From Mobula hypostoma (lineage: Eukaryota), in contig NC_086097.1 of the NCBI RefSeq assembly GCF_963921235.1, forward strand, positions 12,772,001-12,836,000: a stretch of DNA of 64,000 nucleotides, in the 5' to 3' direction. A model generated the notes under the pieces. It searched no databases. It was not told the origin of the DNA and saw nothing but the letters and a program-made list of their open reading frames with translations. Each line of letters opens with the position of its first letter. Position 1 is the first letter of the stretch. Shown here piece after piece: positions 37,346-48,789 of this stretch. The translations under genes and the position numbers were made by a program.

Positions 37346-37864
37346 GATAATAATAGCAGCGAATGCCTTGCTCAACCTTGCCCATTAACTCTGCTTCAGT
37401 CTCCATAGATACTAACTGACCTGCTGAGCATTTCCAATATACTCTGTTTTTCTCTTCAATAGTCCATTTACCTGGGAGTACAGAACATTGTGTTGCAGTA
37501 ACAAAATAATTTGGAGTTAACTGTCATTACTAGTAGGTATTTAGATTACTAAGCCTAGAAACCCCTTATGCATGTAAACATTAAACAGATGTATGCTTTT
37601 CCGTTTGCCCTCCTCTATACTGAATTCCATGGGAAGTTAAGAATAGGAGGACACCATTCATTGCCTCATTCAAGGATCAATGATCGATTTTATTTGCTAT
37701 GTACAATTACTGTACATCTTTGAGAAGATGCTGTGGTGTTTTGGCATAACATGCAACAATAAAGAACAATGTATAACAATTATAAAAGGTACGGAATTAT
37801 ATTAAAGTAAGTCAGAAGTATGTATATGGAATAATGTGTCCGTGTTGCCAATCTACCAAGATAC

Positions 37865-38260
37865 TTCAGGAGGACCACAACCTTAACGCGGTTTGGAGGT
37901 GTACATATTTCAATGACCTGGAGAGCTATGTTAGCTGGAGTCAGGGCTTTATGCTTTGGCTCTTGGAAGGGTCACCCATGCCAACAGGTCAAAAGGTAGA
38001 GGACAGATTAAGAGTGATCCACTGGTCTTCCACAACATCCCTGACTGGCAAAACAAAACTGTTACAGAAACAGCAATAAAGAATCCTTCTACATCTGTGT
38101 GTGATGGTATTCCTGAGTTTCCGCCTGGGAACTGCATGACTGACGGGAATGAAAACTGAGAGGAAGCTACAGGCACAATGAAGGAAGACTTGAACACTGC
38201 CAGAGATAGAGGACCTTCACTGCAGCCCTAAACACCAGTGGCGTAATGAGCAGTAAGTAA
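37865..38260 (+). mobile_element. Bipartite RTE-clade (Rex3/Expander-like) non-autonomous element
   Basis: 5'UTR-like caaccttaacgcgg...caatgacct.gagagctatgtt...agggtcacccatgccaacaggtc, joined to a 3' end cttcactgcagcccta...agtaagtaa. Confidence 0.55.
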
Positions 38261-38269
38261 TGTACCAAG

Positions 38270-38810
38270 ATACAGTGAAATGTTAGTCTTGCATACTCTC
38301 CATACAGATCAAATCATTACAAAATGTATTGATAACAATAACAATGCAAACTAAAGTGTTACAGCTACAGAGAATGTGCAATGCACATAAACAATGAAGT
38401 GCAAGATCATAATGATGTCAAATGTCCACTTTATCGTATGAGGCTCATTCAAGAGTCTGATAACAGTGAGATAGAAGCATCCTTAAGCCAGGTGGCACAT
38501 TCTTTCAGGCTTTTGCACCTTCTTCCCTGATGGAGGAGGGAAGAATAGAGACTGTCCAGGGTGGCTGGGGTCTGATCATGCTGGCTGCTTTACTGAGGCA
38601 GCAAGAAGTACAGACAGAGTCCATAGAGGGGAGACTAGTTCTTGTGATGTGCTGAGCTGTGTCCACAACTCTCTGCAGTTTCCTGTAGTCATGAGCAGAG
38701 CAGCTGCCAAATCCAGCTGTTATGCATCCAAGTAGGATGCCCCCTGTAGTGATAAAATTTAGTAAGAGACAACGGGGACATACTAAGTTTCTTTAGCCTT
38801 CTGAGGAAGC
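38270..38810 (-). mobile_element. Rex1-type 3' fragment
   Basis: Minus strand LQRVVDTAQHIT.TSLP...KAAS..DP.HPG.SLF..LPSGRR. Confidence 0.7.
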
Positions 38811-39385
38811 TAGTCTTTGATTGATGTGGTTAACTTAATTACTTTCCATAGGCTAAGTGGCTCTAAGGCTATTAACTAACCAAAAACCTAGTAATTGCTG
38901 TTATGACAGCTCCAATTCTGTAGAACCATCAGTCCACTGAACCAGTGTGGATAACTTCACTCACCTCAGCACTGAACCGATTCCACGACCTATGGACTTA
39001 CTTTCAAGGACGCTACCACTCACAATCTCAGTTCTATTTCTTTGTTTGTTTGTTTATGTATTTATTACTTCTGTATTAGTACAGTTTGTCTTCTTTTGTA
39101 CATTGGTTGTCTGTCAGGCTTTGTGTATAGATTTTCATTGACTCTATTGCATTTCTCTGTTCTACTGTGAACGACTGCAGGAAAATGAATCTCAGGGCAG
39201 ATATGGTAATAAATTTACTTTGCACTTAGAACTTTGATGACAGTTTTGATGTGAGATCTCTGACTTGAAATGTTGCCTGACAGTATACTGAGTGTTTCTA
39301 ACATTTTGTGCTTTTAGTTCAGATTTCCTGCATCTACAGTTTTTGTTAGTTTGATATTTGATCGCCATCTGTTGTGCCCTGAATA

Positions 39386-39457
39386 CAGTACTGTGCAAAA
39401 ATCTTAGGCACATATATGTATATAGTCTATACGTACGTAGACTTTTGCACAGTAGTG
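39386..39457. mobile_element. 72-bp Tc1-like mini-MITE flanked by TA
   Basis: TA-cagtactgtgcaaaaatct ... agacttttgcacagtagtg-TA; 17/19 inverted-repeat match. Confidence 0.7.
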
Positions 39458-40192
39458 TATTTGCAAACATGAAGCAGATAGGCAGTATGTAAATCTGGCG
39501 GGAGCAATGGATGTTGGGAATGGCGAGGGTGGAGTGCTGTGGGAAGGGTGAGGAAGAGCTGGCAGAGACAGAGTGCCAGGGAGGGGGATGGTGCAGGTGC
39601 AGAAACACCCAGTCCTGAGACACCAGGAAAGGTCATTTGATTCTAAACAATTAGTTTATTGATCATTACTAAATGTCTCTCTGAGGCTTCCCACCCCTTA
39701 TCCTGTCCCTGCCCCTTTTCCCAGCCATGACTTCCCTCTCCCTGCCTTCTTACTACTTTCAGTCCACAAAAAAGATCCATGTCAAGACCAGGTTTATCAT
39801 CACTCACATATGTCATGAAATTTGTTTTAGTTTTTGTGGCAGTAGTGCAGTGCAATGCATAAAATGACTACAGTAATGTGCAAACACTTCAGGCACACTT
39901 GCTATACAGTTATTCTTGGTCCAGCATGTCAATCAAAGCTTTGCTCTTGCCCTATGTCACTCTCCCCATTGTGGGAGCGCCTGGGATGATCCCAATACTA
40001 CTGGCATCAACTATCCAACAGAATGCATGGAGCAGAAAAGGGAAGAGTTGTCAAATTTCTCTTAGGCTGTTAATGGACCTTAGCTCATCTGGCAATCTAA
40101 GAGTGGAGTAAGGTTTACAGCAAGCAAAGCAAACACAGCCCGTTTACAGAACCTACTTCTGGTGACTATCTGTGAACTGCAGCCAAATGATA

Positions 40193-40365
40193 GGCAGCAC
40201 GGTAGCAAAGTGGTTAGCAGAAAGCTTTACAGTACCAGCGTTGGGGTTCAGTTCCCACTGCTACAGGTAAGGAGTTTATACATGCTTCCCTTGACCACGT
40301 GATTTCCTTCGGGTGCTCTGGTTTCCTCCCACAGTCCAAAGACTGGTAGGTTAATTGATCATTGA
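40193..40365 (+). mobile_element. V-SINE/HE1-like tRNA-derived SINE (second copy ~41515-41680)
   Basis: A box ggtagcaaagtgg, B box ggttcagttcc, V domain ggagttt...gggtgctctggtttcctcccacagtccaaagac. Confidence 0.75.
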
Positions 40366-41684
40366 CAAACACTAGAAAGTCTGCAGGTGCTTGAAATCCA
40401 AAGCAACATATACAAAATACTAGAGGAACTCAGCAGGTCAGGCAGCATATACGGAAAAGAGTAAACAGTTGACATTTCTGGACTGAACTCATTGTAAGTC
40501 ATCCCATGTTAGGCTGGGATTAAATCGGAGGATTGCTGGGCCGTGTGGCTTGAAAGACTAGAAGGGCCTATTCCATGCTGTATCTCAATAAATAAAAAAA
40601 TAAAATTCACTTCATGCACACCCACAACTTGCAAGAACTTCTCTCCATTAAAAATCGGATTTCCCCTGCTATAAACCATAGTGAAAGAATGTTGTATAAT
40701 GTCAATGACTTGCAAAAGATCAATGGTGATACATTTTCAGTCAAAATTAATGACAGATTTATCCTATCATTTCCATTCTTCCATTCAAGTTTGTGTCACA
40801 GTCTTGTTAATATTGTATATATTCCCAAAGCTAAGCTGCTAACGTAAGTTTTTCATTGCACCTGTACTTGTGAATATGATATTACTAAAACTCAACTTTG
40901 AAGATTTTTTTTCTGTCTTCAGTATCCTCCACACTATAAGGACGTAACCAGCACAAAACTGAAATGGCCCCAGTCAAGTGTATGGTTGAATGGTATGGTT
41001 CTGCTATTAATTAGCACCAGAGATTTACATAAAAAGAGACCACAAGGTTAACATAGGAGGTTTTTTGGGTGAACGACGCAGATGAGAGTGGGATCACCAG
41101 ACTTCTGATGAGAGAAAAGAAACAGTATTGCTATCATCAGCCTCAAGGGAAATTTATAAAATAACCCACTGCCTCGTTCAAACCCTGTAATTGTGGTGAC
41201 AAAATCTAACACCACTGACTTGCTGGCAGATTCCAAAAATTAAAAAGGAACAGAAAATACAATTAAATGGGAGATCAAAAGGAATATGTTACCAATTGAC
41301 CCATAATGGGTGCAAGATGCACTTAGGCTGAGCAGATCCTGATCGGCACACAGGGCAATGGGAGGGGGTAGGGGGCGAGGGGGTGAATTAAAGTGAATGC
41401 GAGTCAGATTTCTTGGAATATTAACATCCAGGTGGCAGATTGATTTATGTTTTATGTAATTATGTGGACTCAGAAAGCACGTTAGAAGTTAGAATACACT
41501 GGCCGCTGGTCACTAGGATGCAACAGTAGCCTAGAGGTTAATATCACAATTTGGAGTTCAATTCTGGCATTTTCTGCAAGAAGTTGTACATCCTTCCTTT
41601 GATTCTTCTGGGTGCTGTGGTTTCCTCCCCCAGTCCAAAGGCATTAGTAGGTTAATTGATCATTGTAAATTGTCCTGTAATTGA

Positions 41685-42232
41685 TGAGGCCTCCGTTGGT
41701 CAGCGTTGACCATGGGTGTTGTGTCCTAGCTGCCCGAATACAATATGGAGAACAAGCTGTTGCCCACGTAACAAGCTTCCGCTCTTCATGCACCTGATGA
41801 ACCCAAAGGAACGGCAGAGACTTATACAGTTTTGCATGAGCAGTGTCGTAGGAGTTGCCAGTCAGTGTTGAACTTGATATAGGACAGCATGAGGAACTCC
41901 AGCTCCGGATTTTACCCTCAGGATTTCCCCCTGACGCCTCCCCCATGTGTGGGTATAGCCGCAAGGCAGCGGAAGTTTGAGATGAACTGCCAACCATAGC
42001 TGAAGAGCACTCTGCCCAAAGCAACTGGTTTTAAGGCACCAGTAACCCGCCTTTGCCCCTTCTCCTGTCAGTAGAAATGGTTCTGCTGAGTTTAGTAGTT
42101 AAGCCAAATGTGAAGGTCAGGTGCCAGACTTGGTTGTCTGAGGCTATTTGAGAAGCACGCCTTTGGGAACATTTAATAGGTAATCGGATCTTATCCCCAT
42201 TACCACCCCTGGCTATGACAACCACAAGGAAC
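41685..42232 (-). mobile_element. Unclassified ~550-bp repeat (second copy 58935-59497), possibly RTE-related
   Basis: Two clearly homologous copies (acaatatggaga..aagctgtt; ccagtaacc.gcctttgccccttc; aaggaac end). Orientation is tentative. Confidence 0.65.
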
Positions 42233-42406
42233 TTAGAAAATTATTATTGTCATTTTAATTATAGAAAATTCTGAGAGTAGAGTTAATTTTCAGCTCATTG
42301 ACTTCTCATCAGAACAATCAAATATCATTGATTAGGAATGTAAATTCTTCTTCTCCTCATTAACTTCCATTTCTGGAAAGTACACGAAGCTGGGTTGTCC
42401 CAGGTT

Positions 42407-42562
42407 TTTAAAAATGCAAACACAAGGAATTCTGCAGATGCTGGAAATTCAAGCAACACACATCAAAGTTGCTGGTGAACGCTGCAGGCCAGGCAGCATC
42501 TCTAGGAAGAGGTACAGTCGACGTTTCGGGCTGAGACCCTTCGTCTCGGCCCGAAACGTCGA
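42407..42562 (-). mobile_element. 156-bp Penelope pseudo-LTR mini-insertion with 5' inversion and 12-bp TSD
   Basis: TTGTCCCAGGTT at 42395-42406 and 42563-42574. Confidence 0.8.
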
Positions 42563-42849
42563 TTGTCCCAGGTTAGTGGGTCCCGAGAACAGGAGGCATG
42601 AGAAGGCACGAGGCTGGTCAATCACCCTGCCCAGGTTTTGAGCCTGCAGTTTGGGGTCCCACTGTCAATTCATTCGGGGGATGATACCAATGAGCAGAGC
42701 CCAAAAGTCAAGTGGATGCCCAGAGATTGGAACGTGTGGCAATAATTGCTGGCTGCTGCTCGCACAGTCCTAGGTTTTGAGCTTGTTAATGTGAACAGTG
42801 CATTTCACCGTACATTTCAATGTACATGTGATAAGTAAGTCTGAATCTG

Positions 42850-42880
42850 AGCGATTCTGCAAATGCTGCAAATCCAAAGC

Positions 42881-42921
<41 letters not shown>

Positions 42922-43670
42922 CTGGAAGAACTCAGTAGGTCAGACGGCATCTGTGGAAACGAATAAACAATTAATGTTTTGGGCCAAGGGTCTTCTCCAG
43001 GACTGGAAAGGAAGGGGGAAGATGTCATAACGAATAGTGGGAGAGGAGGAGAATAGCAAGAAAGTGATAGTGAAGCCAGTTGAGTGGGAAAGTTAACGGG
43101 CTGGAGTGAAAGGAATCTGATAGTGGAGGAGAGGAGACCGTAGGAGAACGGGAGGTAGGAGAGGACCCAAAGGGTGGTGATAGGCAGGTGAGAAGCGGTA
43201 AGAAGCCAGAGTGGGGAATAGAAAAGAGGGGAGGGTGATAGCAAGCAGGACTGGAAAAGAAAGGGGCAAGAGCCTGAATAAGAACTTGGATAGAGGGGGA
43301 AAGATACAAGCTAACAGGTGATAGTTGAGACCAGGCATGAAGGAAAGCATGAGGGTGGAAAATGGGACAGGATGGGAGGTAATAGTTGGAAGAGGGAAAA
43401 GGCTGAAGGCTTATTTATTTATTTTTCCTCTTCTTTCTATATTTTTATGTATTGCATTGAACTGCTGCTGCTAAGTTAACAAATTTCACATGCCAGTGAT
43501 AATAAACCCCGTTCTGATTCTGCTTCTGAAGAAGAAATCTGATAGAAGATGACAGTGGACCGAGGGAGAAAGGGGAAGAGGTGGAGAACCTGAGGAAGGT
43601 GATGGGGCAAGTTGTGAGGGTGGGGGAGGAGAAAAGATACGTTGAGAAGGCCATCAGAGTCGGAGAGGGA
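42850..43670 (-). mobile_element. Tandem Penelope-like 3' fragments with expanded (CA)n (42882-42916) and a Rex tail inserted at ~43410-43522
   Basis: ctgcaaatgctg...aatgctggaagaactcag.., followed by repeated purine-rich blocks. Confidence 0.7.
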
Positions 43671-44895
43671 ACTGAAAAATGATCATTACATTCAGTGATA
43701 ATGCTGGAAAAAATACAGGATATTCTATGACAATTAGGTTAAAGTAAGACTTCACTCCTGGGAGAGGAGATTTTATCTCTCCTGAGTCAGCATAACCTCG
43801 AGGTGGGGGTGTGTGTGTGTGTGGGGGGGGGGTGCTGTTAAAAAAAATAAGTGAAATATCCACCTCAGTGTATCGAGTTCTTTCCCAATCACTTTTGAAA
43901 AGATTGGCACTAATTTTTAAAAGATGTGCTCGTTCCCTGAATTTGCTGACAAAGCCAGTATTGGGCTTACAAGGCTTGGTTATACAACTTGTAACTTTAA
44001 AGAATTCTTTACTATGATGTAATCTGCTGCTTCTATTCCCCACTGTGCTGAAGGCACAATTAAAGTATAACAATCTGGGCTTAGTGGTTCATCTTGAACA
44101 GAAATTAGGACATTTTCCTGCATTTGTGCACAAGTGCAGTACTCCCACACATATGTGACACACAAACTTTATGCTCAGCTGTTTTTTTTATTATTTTGTT
44201 TCTTTTAAGCTCCCTTCAATGCCCCTTATTTTCTCCCTCTCACTTGCTCTTTCTTTCTCTAGCAGCTCCGGTAGGCAATCTTGTCAGACCCGAACGAGAA
44301 GGGCAAAGGAGATGGGTTCTTTGTTCAAAATTAAATTCCCTAATAAAAAAATAAACTCTTTCTTTGTGGCTCTTCCCGTCACCTCAGTCACAAAGCTGTC
44401 TAGCGAACAAGCAGCAGCCCACTGTCAATTTGGATAAGCTAGAGCTTGACACAGCCACTTTCAATGGAAACCCAGGCTCTGCAAGCCGCTCAGCTCTGCC
44501 GGCCATGTTCAGGTCACTCCCTGCAAAGTGCATACAATGGAGGGGTTGAAGAAAGACCCAGACTTGCAATAACTCTTTGCCAATCCTCTGCAGCTGGATG
44601 GAGTTTTATGGTGGCGTGACAGTGCAAGCCTATAGAATCATATGCTGCACAACATAGAAATGGTTTCTTCTCCGCTTGTGCCAACAGATGGCTTTGGGCC
44701 TCTACTTACTGGAATTCAGAAGAATGGGGGGGGGGGCCTGATTGACCGGATTGGCTGGTTTTCAGAGCCAGCAAGATATTTAGACAGAGTCCATGGATGG
44801 GAGGATGGTTTTTGCAGTGGCTTGGGCTGTACACTCAATAACTTGATATTATGCAAACATCTGCACAGCCTTTGAATGCAGAGCTCCGCTTGTGG

Positions 44896-44904
44896 CTTTT
44901 TATA
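44896..44904 (-). promoter_or_regulatory. Candidate TATA box
   Basis: TATAAAAAG on the minus strand; Inr-like GCATTC ~27 nt downstream; CCAAT at 44924-44928; GTAAGT donor at 44709; lies in a repeat-poor island. Confidence 0.3.
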
Positions 44905-45839
44905 GCTGCCTGGGAATGGTGACCCAATACAGGCGAGATGATGCTGGCCAGCTTTGTGGCTTGCATCTGAACTGAATACCACAAAGGTAAATAGCGCAGC
45001 TGGAAGCACTTCAAAAAGTGTTAGACAAGTGCACTCAAACCTGACTGGGTTTATTTTTAAAATAATTCAAAGTAAATTCTGAAAGCTGGACAGTGCAACC
45101 AAGAATATCTAGCATAGATACAGAATAAGAAATTCTTAATGTGGGCAGTGATAATACTTAAGGCTAACTGCATGAAGGGCTGAGATAGTGACAGATGTTC
45201 ACGTCTCTTCCCTTTCGTTCTGTTTTTATTTTTATTCTGCAATTTTTCACCATTCTTGGGGTGCTTCATTGTTCACTTTTATTCTTCTCTTTTAAACCAT
45301 TTTGCATTTCTCTCCTTTCTTTTGTTTGGCCACCGAACTGCAGCAGTGACCTGTTCAATCGTTATTTACTCACTGTGAAAACCTTTAGATTGCCATGAGG
45401 TCTTTACAGAAATTAAAGCTCTTTTCTCTCATTCGCTGCTGCACACTTAGTTGTTTTTTTATTATGGACACATTTGTTTTAAGTCAAGCAACATTATTAT
45501 TCAAACAATCTAAAGTATAGTTGGAGTATGCATGGAACCTGCTTCCAGGAAGGATGGCAGAGGCTGATACTTTAAGGAAATTTAAGAAACTCTTAGATAG
45601 TCACATGGATGAAAGAGAAATGGAGGACTGTTGTGCATTTAATATTTAAGTAACATTTGAGTAATCTTGTGTATATATTGGTTGATTAAGCATTCTTGTT
45701 TGTTTAAATATTCATTACAGATTATATGTTTAAATATGTGAATTGCAGCCGTCATCACGTTTCCATATGGTACATGCACACCACGCTTAAAGTAAACTCA
45801 AAGTTAGACCCACATTTCCACAAAAAAAGTAGGAATAAA

Positions 45840-46265
45840 AAGTTGTGAGGAGGTGTTCATGGGTTCAATGTCCATTCAGAAATCGAATCGTTGAGTGCAT
45901 GCTTCAGGCTTCTGTACCTCCTTCCTGATGGAAACAATGAGAAGAGGGCATGTCCCAGGTGATGGTAGTCCTTAATGATGGATGCCGCCTTTCTCAGGCA
46001 CCACTCCTTGAAGATGTCCTGGATACTACAGAAGCTAGTGCCCATGATGGAGCTGACCAGATTTACAACTCTCTGCAACTTATTTCGATCCTTTTCAGTA
46101 GCCCCACAACCCCCCCTCCCCCCCGCCCACTGCCCCACCATACCAGACAGGAGCCTCACACCCATCCCACCATGCAACCAGTTAGAATGCTCTCTCCATG
46201 GTACATCTGTAGAGATTTGTGGTGAGATACCAAATCTTCTCAAACTGCTAAAGAAATGCAGCCAC
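45840..46265 (-). mobile_element. Rex1-type 3' fragment
   Basis: ORF 45857..46243 RRFG...KLQRVV...KAASIIKD.HH.GHALFSLFPSGRRYRSL. Confidence 0.8.
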
Positions 46266-47639
46266 CGTGGGGTATTGTCCTATATTAAAAATGAATATTA
46301 CTTCAATGTTCAGTCATTTTAGAAGTTAAAAGAATTCCCAACTATATAATGAAAATCAAATGAGCAACTGCAATGTTTGAAAAAACGAAATAAGAAGGGA
46401 AGATGCAGAAGACATTCAGCTCTGATGAAGTGTCTTTGTCCTGAAGCATTAACTTGTTTCTCTTTCACAGATGCTCTCTGACCGAGAAATATTCCAGTGT
46501 GTGGAGCTTCCCTGGATGTCAAAGCTTTTCTGACAACACGTCAGACCACACGTGCCTCACGAAGGTCTGTGGTGTCCTGGGCCACACGGATGACCAGCAG
46601 AAAATGCCACCTTTGGGCTGCAAGAACAACTACTTCCCTTCAGCCATTCGGTTCTTGAACAACTAGCAAAGCTCAAATCACTACAGTTTAGCAACATTAG
46701 GACTATGTTGACCAATTTGCACTGAATCGTGCATTTTTTTTCTTCTGGTTGTGTTCTTCTTGTAAAAAATGTGTTACTTGTAAGTCTTGAAGAAGGGTCT
46801 CAGCCCAAAACATCCGCAAGATAATCATTTTCATAGATGCTGCCTAAACTGCTGAGTTCCTCCAGCATTTTGTATGTGTTGCTTTAGATTTCTAGCATCT
46901 GCATTATCTTACTTTCCTCTAGGTCCTTCCTTTTTTCTTTTGATCCACTCTCCTCTCCAATAAGATTCTTTCTTCTCCAGCCCTTAACCTTTCCCACCTA
47001 CCTCGTTTACCTATTGCCTTCCAGCCAGCCTCTTTCCCCTCCTCCAGAGCAAATCCATCGGGACACAGGGAGAACACACGAGCAGTGGCAGGAAGGAACC
47101 TGGTTCACTGGCACTGTAATAATGTTATGCGAACCACCATTCTATTAATCAAGAGACCACAAATGCTGGAATCAGGATCAATAAACAATCTGCTGGATGA
47201 ATGCAACAGGTAGAGCTACATCCGTAGAGAGGAAGAAATTTTTGATGTCTCTGGTCAGGACTCTGCATTAGTGGACAATGGAGGGTCATAGGAGGCAAAT
47301 CTGACTGAAACAATTTATATTAGGTTTAAGGAATCTCTCACTTAACCAACAATTCTGGAGTCAAATGTGAAACGTTCCCGTCTGTAAACTTAATTCCAGT
47401 CCTGTAAGATCTTAGATTCGCTGGCAAATCATTAACAGTGTCCTGAACGTACTTGGCTCAAGTTTTGGATTAACGGGCCAGAGGATTAATGCACCGCTAA
47501 TCTCTAATTGCCAAAAATGTCACCTTGACTCCGATGGGAATTGAATTCCATTCTTATTGAACATCTCCAAGATGTGGATGTCAAGTGACAGTGCAGCATA
47601 GTAAGGGCTTTTCAAGACTAGAGGTCCAGGTAGTAGTGG

Positions 47640-48690
47640 TAGTGCAGGATTGCTTCTCCGAGTGGAGGCCTGTGACTAGTGGTGTGCCACAGGGATCAGT
47701 GCTGGCTCCATTGTTACTTGTCATCTATATCAATGATCTGGTTGATAATGTGGTAAATTGGATCAGCAAATTTGCTGATGATACAAAGATGTGAGGGGTA
47801 GTAGATAGTAAGGCAGATTTTCAGAGCCTGCAGAGGGATTTGGACCAGCTGGAAAAATGGGCTGAAAAGTGGCAGATGGAGTTTAATACAGACAAGTGTG
47901 AGGTATTGCACGTTGGAAGGACGAACCAAGGTAGAACATACAGGGTTATTGGTAAGGCACTGAGGAGTGCAGTGGAACAGAGGGATCTGGGAATACAGAT
48001 ACAAAATTCCCTAAAAGTGGCATCATAGGTAGATAGGGTCGTAAAGAGAGCTTTTGGTACATTGGCCTTTATAAATCAAAGTATTGAGTATAAGAGCTGG
48101 AATGTTATGATGAGGTTGTATAAGGCATTGGTGAGGCCGAATCTGGAGTATTGTGTTCAGTTTTGGTCACCAAATTACAGGAAGGATATAAATAAGGTTG
48201 AAAGAGTGCAGAGAAGGTTTACAAGGATGTTGCCGGGACTTGAGAAACTCAGTTACAGAGAAAGGTTGAATAGGTTAGAACTTTATTCCCTGGAGCGTAG
48301 AAGAATGAGGGGAGATTTGATAGAGGTATATAAAATTATGATGGGTATAGATGGAGTGAATGCAAGTAGGCTTTTTCCACTGAGGCAAGGGGAGAAAAAA
48401 ACCAGAGGACATGGGTTAAGGGTGAGGGGGGAAAAGTTTAAAGGGAACATTGGGTGGGGGCTTCTTCACACAGAGAGTGGTGGGAGTATGCAATGAGCTG
48501 CCAGACGAGGTGGTAAATGCGGGTTCTTTTTTAACATTTAAGAATAAATTGGACAGATACATGGACGGGAGGTGTATGGAGGGATATGGTCCGTGTGCAG
48601 GTCAGTGGGACTAGGCAGAAAATGGTTCAGCACAGCCAAGAAGGGCCAAAAGGCCTGTTTCTGTGCTGTAGTTTCTATGGTTTCAATGGT
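47640..48690 (+). mobile_element. CR1 RT/3' fragment
   Basis: VTSGVPQGSVL, KFADDTK, RPNLEYCVQFWSP; tail ttctatggtttcaatgg. Confidence 0.92.
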
Positions 48691-48789
48691 ATGGTCTCTG
48701 GAGAGCCATCTCACAAGAAAAGTGGCAACTCCAGATCAAAATTGAATCAAATAAGAATGCTCGACAGCTGGGGCGGGGCTTGAATGCTA

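Noticed and set aside
44221..44330. Strong plus-strand acceptor ttctttctctag
   Set aside because: No convincing donor or recognisable protein downstream.
44906..44986. Plus-strand 81-nt AG...GT coding exon
   Set aside because: Stops in all three frames and only a weak pyrimidine tract.
45857..46243. HALFSLLPSGRRYRSL-type ORFs as ALKBH8/DUF1891-like host exons
   Set aside because: The motif is the C-terminus of Rex1/Babar LINE ORF2 and occurs many times on both strands here.
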